Shown: positions 61,746 to 64,000 of the stretch, piece after piece
Position numbering within the stretch: the first letter of the stretch is position 1
Layout of the letters: every line of letters begins with the position of its first letter
Source of the DNA: Acidimicrobiia bacterium
GTDB taxonomy: Bacteria > Actinomycetota > Acidimicrobiia > Acidimicrobiales > JANYDT01
Reading direction: 5' to 3'
NCBI GenBank assembly: GCA_031385545.1
Contig: JANNBN010000129.1
Location: forward strand, 33,062-97,061
DNA: 64,000 nt
The notes under the pieces: model-generated
The model's database searches: none
What the model was told of the DNA's origin: nothing
The model's input: only the letters and a program-made list of their open reading frames with translations
Program-made: the position numbers and the translations under genes

Positions 61746-61779
61746 GCAACGTTGGTTGCAGACGAGGCAACGTTGGCGA
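61746..61779. promoter_or_regulatory. Two CAACGTTG-core motif copies 21 bp apart in the M20-hydrolase/fdhD divergent region
   Basis: GCAACGTTGGTTGCA at 61746-61760 is the reverse complement of the TGCAACCAACGT repeat at 2606. GCAACGTTGGCGA lies at 61767-61779. Confidence 0.6.
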
Positions 61780-61836
61780 CTCTTCGCGCTGCTCGATCGA
61801 TGGGCGCGTTCGCGGTGGCGGGTAGGTTGGCGGGCG

Positions 61837-62661
61837 ATGCGAAAGGCCACGACACCGGTGAAAGTCACGGTTGTAACCGCGGCCGGGTCGACCATCAGAC
61901 CCGACAAGCTTGCGACCGAAGAGCCTTTGTCCATCCGGGGCGGTGGTCCCGGGCAGGACAGTGTCGACGTGTCGGTCACCATGCGTACGCCCGGGCACGA
62001 CTTCGAGTTGGCGATCGGCTTCTTGTGGTCCGAGGGGATGATCACTCGCCCCGATCAGGTTCGTGAGGTGAAGTTCTGCGACGTGCCGGACGGTGAGGAA
62101 CAGCTCTACAACATCGTCACCGTTCGCACCTCGCACCAGGTGGACGTGCGGCCCCGTGCGTTCACGACCAACTCGTCGTGCGGTGTGTGTGGCACGCAAA
62201 CCCTGGACGACCTTGCTTCCTGCACGGTGCCGATACCGTTGAATGCTGCTGTCCGGGTCAATGCGGCGGCTTTGCTGCAGGTTCCCGCAGCGCTCCGTTC
62301 ACGACAGAAGGTGTTCGCGGCAACCGGCGGTATCCACGCCGCGGCCATCCTTGACCAGGACTGCACGGTGCTGTTCTCGCGGGAGGACGTCGGGCGTCAC
62401 AACGCAGTCGACAAGGTCGTCGGCCGAATGGTTCTCGACGGGCGAGTCCCCGCGAACGACCGAATTTTGTTCGTGTCCGGCCGTACCTCGTACGAAATCG
62501 TGCAGAAGGCTGCTGTGGCTGGGCTCCCCATCGTGGCAGGGGTCAGCGCCCCGTCCAGTTTGGCCGTGGAAACGGCGCAGCGGATGGGCATTACCCTTGC
62601 TGGTTTCGTGCGTGGTGAGTCGATGAACGTGTACACCCACCCGCATCGCATCGTCGTGTAG
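61837..62661 (+). CDS. fdhD: Formate dehydrogenase accessory sulfurtransferase FdhD
   Basis: ...EEPLSIR...TMRTPGHDFELAIGFLWSEG..., catalytic loop SSCGVCG, ...ATGGIHAAA..., ...FVSGRTSYEIVQKAAVAGLPIVAGVSAPSSLAV.... Start at ATG 61837. Confidence 0.88.
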   Translation: MRKATTPVKVTVVTAAGSTIRPDKLATEEPLSIRGGGPGQDSVDVSVTMRTPGHDFELAIGFLWSEGMITRPDQVREVKFCDVPDGEEQLYNIVTVRTSHQVDVRPRAFTTNSSCGVCGTQTLDDLASCTVPIPLNAAVRVNAAALLQVPAALRSRQKVFAATGGIHAAAILDQDCTVLFSREDVGRHNAVDKVVGRMVLDGRVPANDRILFVSGRTSYEIVQKAAVAGLPIVAGVSAPSSLAVETAQRMGITLAGFVRGESMNVYTHPHRIVV

Positions 62662-62707
62662 CGAACGGATGCGCTCTCAGTCGCTGTCACGCGACGCACT
62701 GCCGTGT

Positions 62708-62746
62708 GGCAGAACACCTCGAACATGCGGTGCGAGGTGTTCTGCC
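62708..62746. terminator. 14-bp-stem hairpin between the convergent fdhD and cupredoxin genes (bidirectional terminator candidate)
   Basis: GGCAGAACACCTCG - AACATGCGGTG - CGAGGTGTTCTGCC. Confidence 0.55.
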
Positions 62747-62771
62747 TTCAGCGGCTGGCGCAGCCTCTCTC

Positions 62772-63161
62772 CTACCTGGTGACTTTGACGTCGCCTGCCA
62801 TGCCTGGGTGCAAGGTGCACTTGTACTTGAACGTGCCTTCCTTGTCGAAGGTGGTGCTCCAGATGGTGCCCTTCTTGGCAAGCGTCTTGCTCTTACGGTT
62901 CTTGTCGAAGATCACGTTGTGAGCAACGGATTCGTCCCAGCGGAAGTCGACCCGCTGGTTGACCTTCACGGTGACCGACTTGGGCGAGAACCTGAGCGCC
63001 TTCATACTCACCAACACCGGCTTTGACCCTCCTAGGGACTGCGCTTCGGCCGGCGTGGGGACCGCGACACTGGCGCACCCGGTTGCAACTAGCAGGGCGA
63101 CGGCACCGATGCCGTTTCGGATGCGACGCGCGCGACCGGACTCGTTGTGTTTCGTGCTCAT
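62772..63161 (-). CDS. Cupredoxin (amicyanin/plastocyanin-like type-1 copper) lipoprotein
   Basis: RBS AGGGAG before ATG 63161. Lipobox LLVATGC. Type-1 Cu ligands in VAHNVIF (His) and YKCTLHPGM (Cys-x2-His-x2-Met). Confidence 0.82.
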   Translation of the reverse strand: MSTKHNESGRARRIRNGIGAVALLVATGCASVAVPTPAEAQSLGGSKPVLVSMKALRFSPKSVTVKVNQRVDFRWDESVAHNVIFDKNRKSKTLAKKGTIWSTTFDKEGTFKYKCTLHPGMAGDVKVTR

Positions 63162-63285
63162 GGCTCCCTTTTTAATGCGAGTGCCCCGCAACGCAAAGCG
63201 GCCCCCGCATCGGCGAGGGCCGTTTGTGACAAGGATCATGCTTGGACAGGCCGCTGAAGGGGCGCAGCCTGTCCGGACGATCTGG

Positions 63286-64000
63286 CTAGGCCAGCACGAG
63301 CCACAGAACCATCAGGACCAGTGCAAGCGGCGCTCCGATGTGAGCGATGTTCTTGTGCTGTGCCAACGGCTTGGTGAGAGGCCCTTCGAACCCGCCGATC
63401 ATTCCCAGTGCGCTGAGTTCGAGTACCACGGTGACGAGTATCACGATGACCCACAGCACGTTGACGCCGCCGGAGACTTCTCCTGCGAAGAAGTGGCTGG
63501 CACCGGTCATGAACATCATCATGGGGATGGACAGGATGGCGTTGGTGCGGCTGGCGAGCAGTGCCTTGCGTCCGGCCGAAGCTGCTGCAGGATCGGCAGC
63601 CTTGCCTTCCAAGAGCCCGCGAGCGTTGGCGATCACCTTCTGTTGGTTCGGCCAGATGACGAGCCACACGTTGCCCAGCATCAGGAGACCCATGACGGTA
63701 CCCATGTAGATGGCATGTCCGGTGCCGCCCGACGCTTTGCCGAAGGTGTACTGCGCTTCGTCGCCGCCCGTGTAGAGCCCGAGCATCACGATGCCCGTTG
63801 CTGCGGTGGCCAGTGCGGCAAACCGGAAGTACCACAGCGCCTGGGGGACCAGCTTGTCGATGGCGCCGTTACGGTGAGCGGCTTCCATCTTGGGGAACGA
63901 GGGAACCTGCACGAAGTTGAAGTAGTAGAGCAGGCCGATCCAGGCGATCCCGAAAAGGACGTGCCACCAGCGGAGGAACCAGTGGATTCCACCTTTGGAG
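63286..64000 (-). CDS. PuuD-like (urate-hydroxylase N-domain family) polytopic membrane protein, 5' end outside window
   Basis: The frame stays open to the window edge (hand translation of 63913-63999: ...GIHWFLRWWHVLFGIAWIGLLYYFNFVQVP...). The W-x-H...IAWIG pattern and about 6 TM segments resemble the PuuD membrane domain as I recall it. There is no cytochrome c domain at the C-terminus. Confidence 0.5.
   Translation of the reverse strand, partial: SKGGIHWFLRWWHVLFGIAWIGLLYYFNFVQVPSFPKMEAAHRNGAIDKLVPQALWYFRFAALATAATGIVMLGLYTGGDEAQYTFGKASGGTGHAIYMGTVMGLLMLGNVWLVIWPNQQKVIANARGLLEGKAADPAAASAGRKALLASRTNAILSIPMMMFMTGASHFFAGEVSGGVNVLWVIVILVTVVLELSALGMIGGFEGPLTKPLAQHKNIAHIGAPLALVLMVLWLVLA

Overview
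This is a high-G+C bacterial chromosomal segment. Its synteny points to Actinomycetota: topA-holB-tRNA-Thr, sigH-rshA, DUF2342-tilS, clpS-DUF2017, a tRNA Glu/Asp/Phe cluster, an orphan MsiK-like ATPase and a SARP-type regulator. This placement is inference. The Bacillus/Thermus-style caa3 oxidase (CoxII-cytochrome c fusion, COX4_pro subunit IV, CtaG) suggests a non-mycobacterial lineage, possibly Acidimicrobiia-like. I call about 60 CDSs, 4 tRNAs, a few hairpin terminators and several short repeat arrays. The main blocks are as follows. (1) 0-10.4 kb: housekeeping genes and tRNAs. (2) 10.4-20.5 kb: a respiratory locus, ctaB, three oxidase-like membrane genes, a TlpA-type redoxin, then ctaC-ctaD-ctaE-ctaF-ctaG. 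(3) 20.6-28.3 kb: an ABC-2 exporter, serS, a 1015-aa wall-anchored surface protein and a sugar-ABC ATPase. (4) 28.4-36 kb: a SARP-like regulator, a permuted-papain-like orphan and a three-subunit xanthine-dehydrogenase-family enzyme. (5) 36-54.5 kb: mixed transporters, lipid/acyl-CoA metabolism, udk and argG. (6) 54.5-64 kb: a poorly understood N-heterocycle/amino-acid catabolic cluster (class-V PLP enzyme, SsnA-like amidohydrolase, DSD1 PLP enzyme, methyltransferase, D-carbamoylase, M20 amidohydrolase), then fdhD, a cupredoxin and a PuuD-like membrane protein. I saw no CRISPR, transposase, integrase, phage or recognisable defence/toxin module. Three observations seem most worth follow-up. (a) An intact but catalytically degenerate paralogue set of heme-copper-oxidase subunits I and III, plus a 7-TM protein, lies between ctaB and the real caa3 operon. 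(b) A 59-nt element is present in frame, in the same codon phase, inside two unrelated PLP-enzyme genes, forming inverted repeats around a 1.7-kb segment. (c) A CAACGT-core motif occurs in 21-bp-phased arrays at two distant intergenic loci. All family assignments come from reading the translations and from memory of family motifs. No database search was run.
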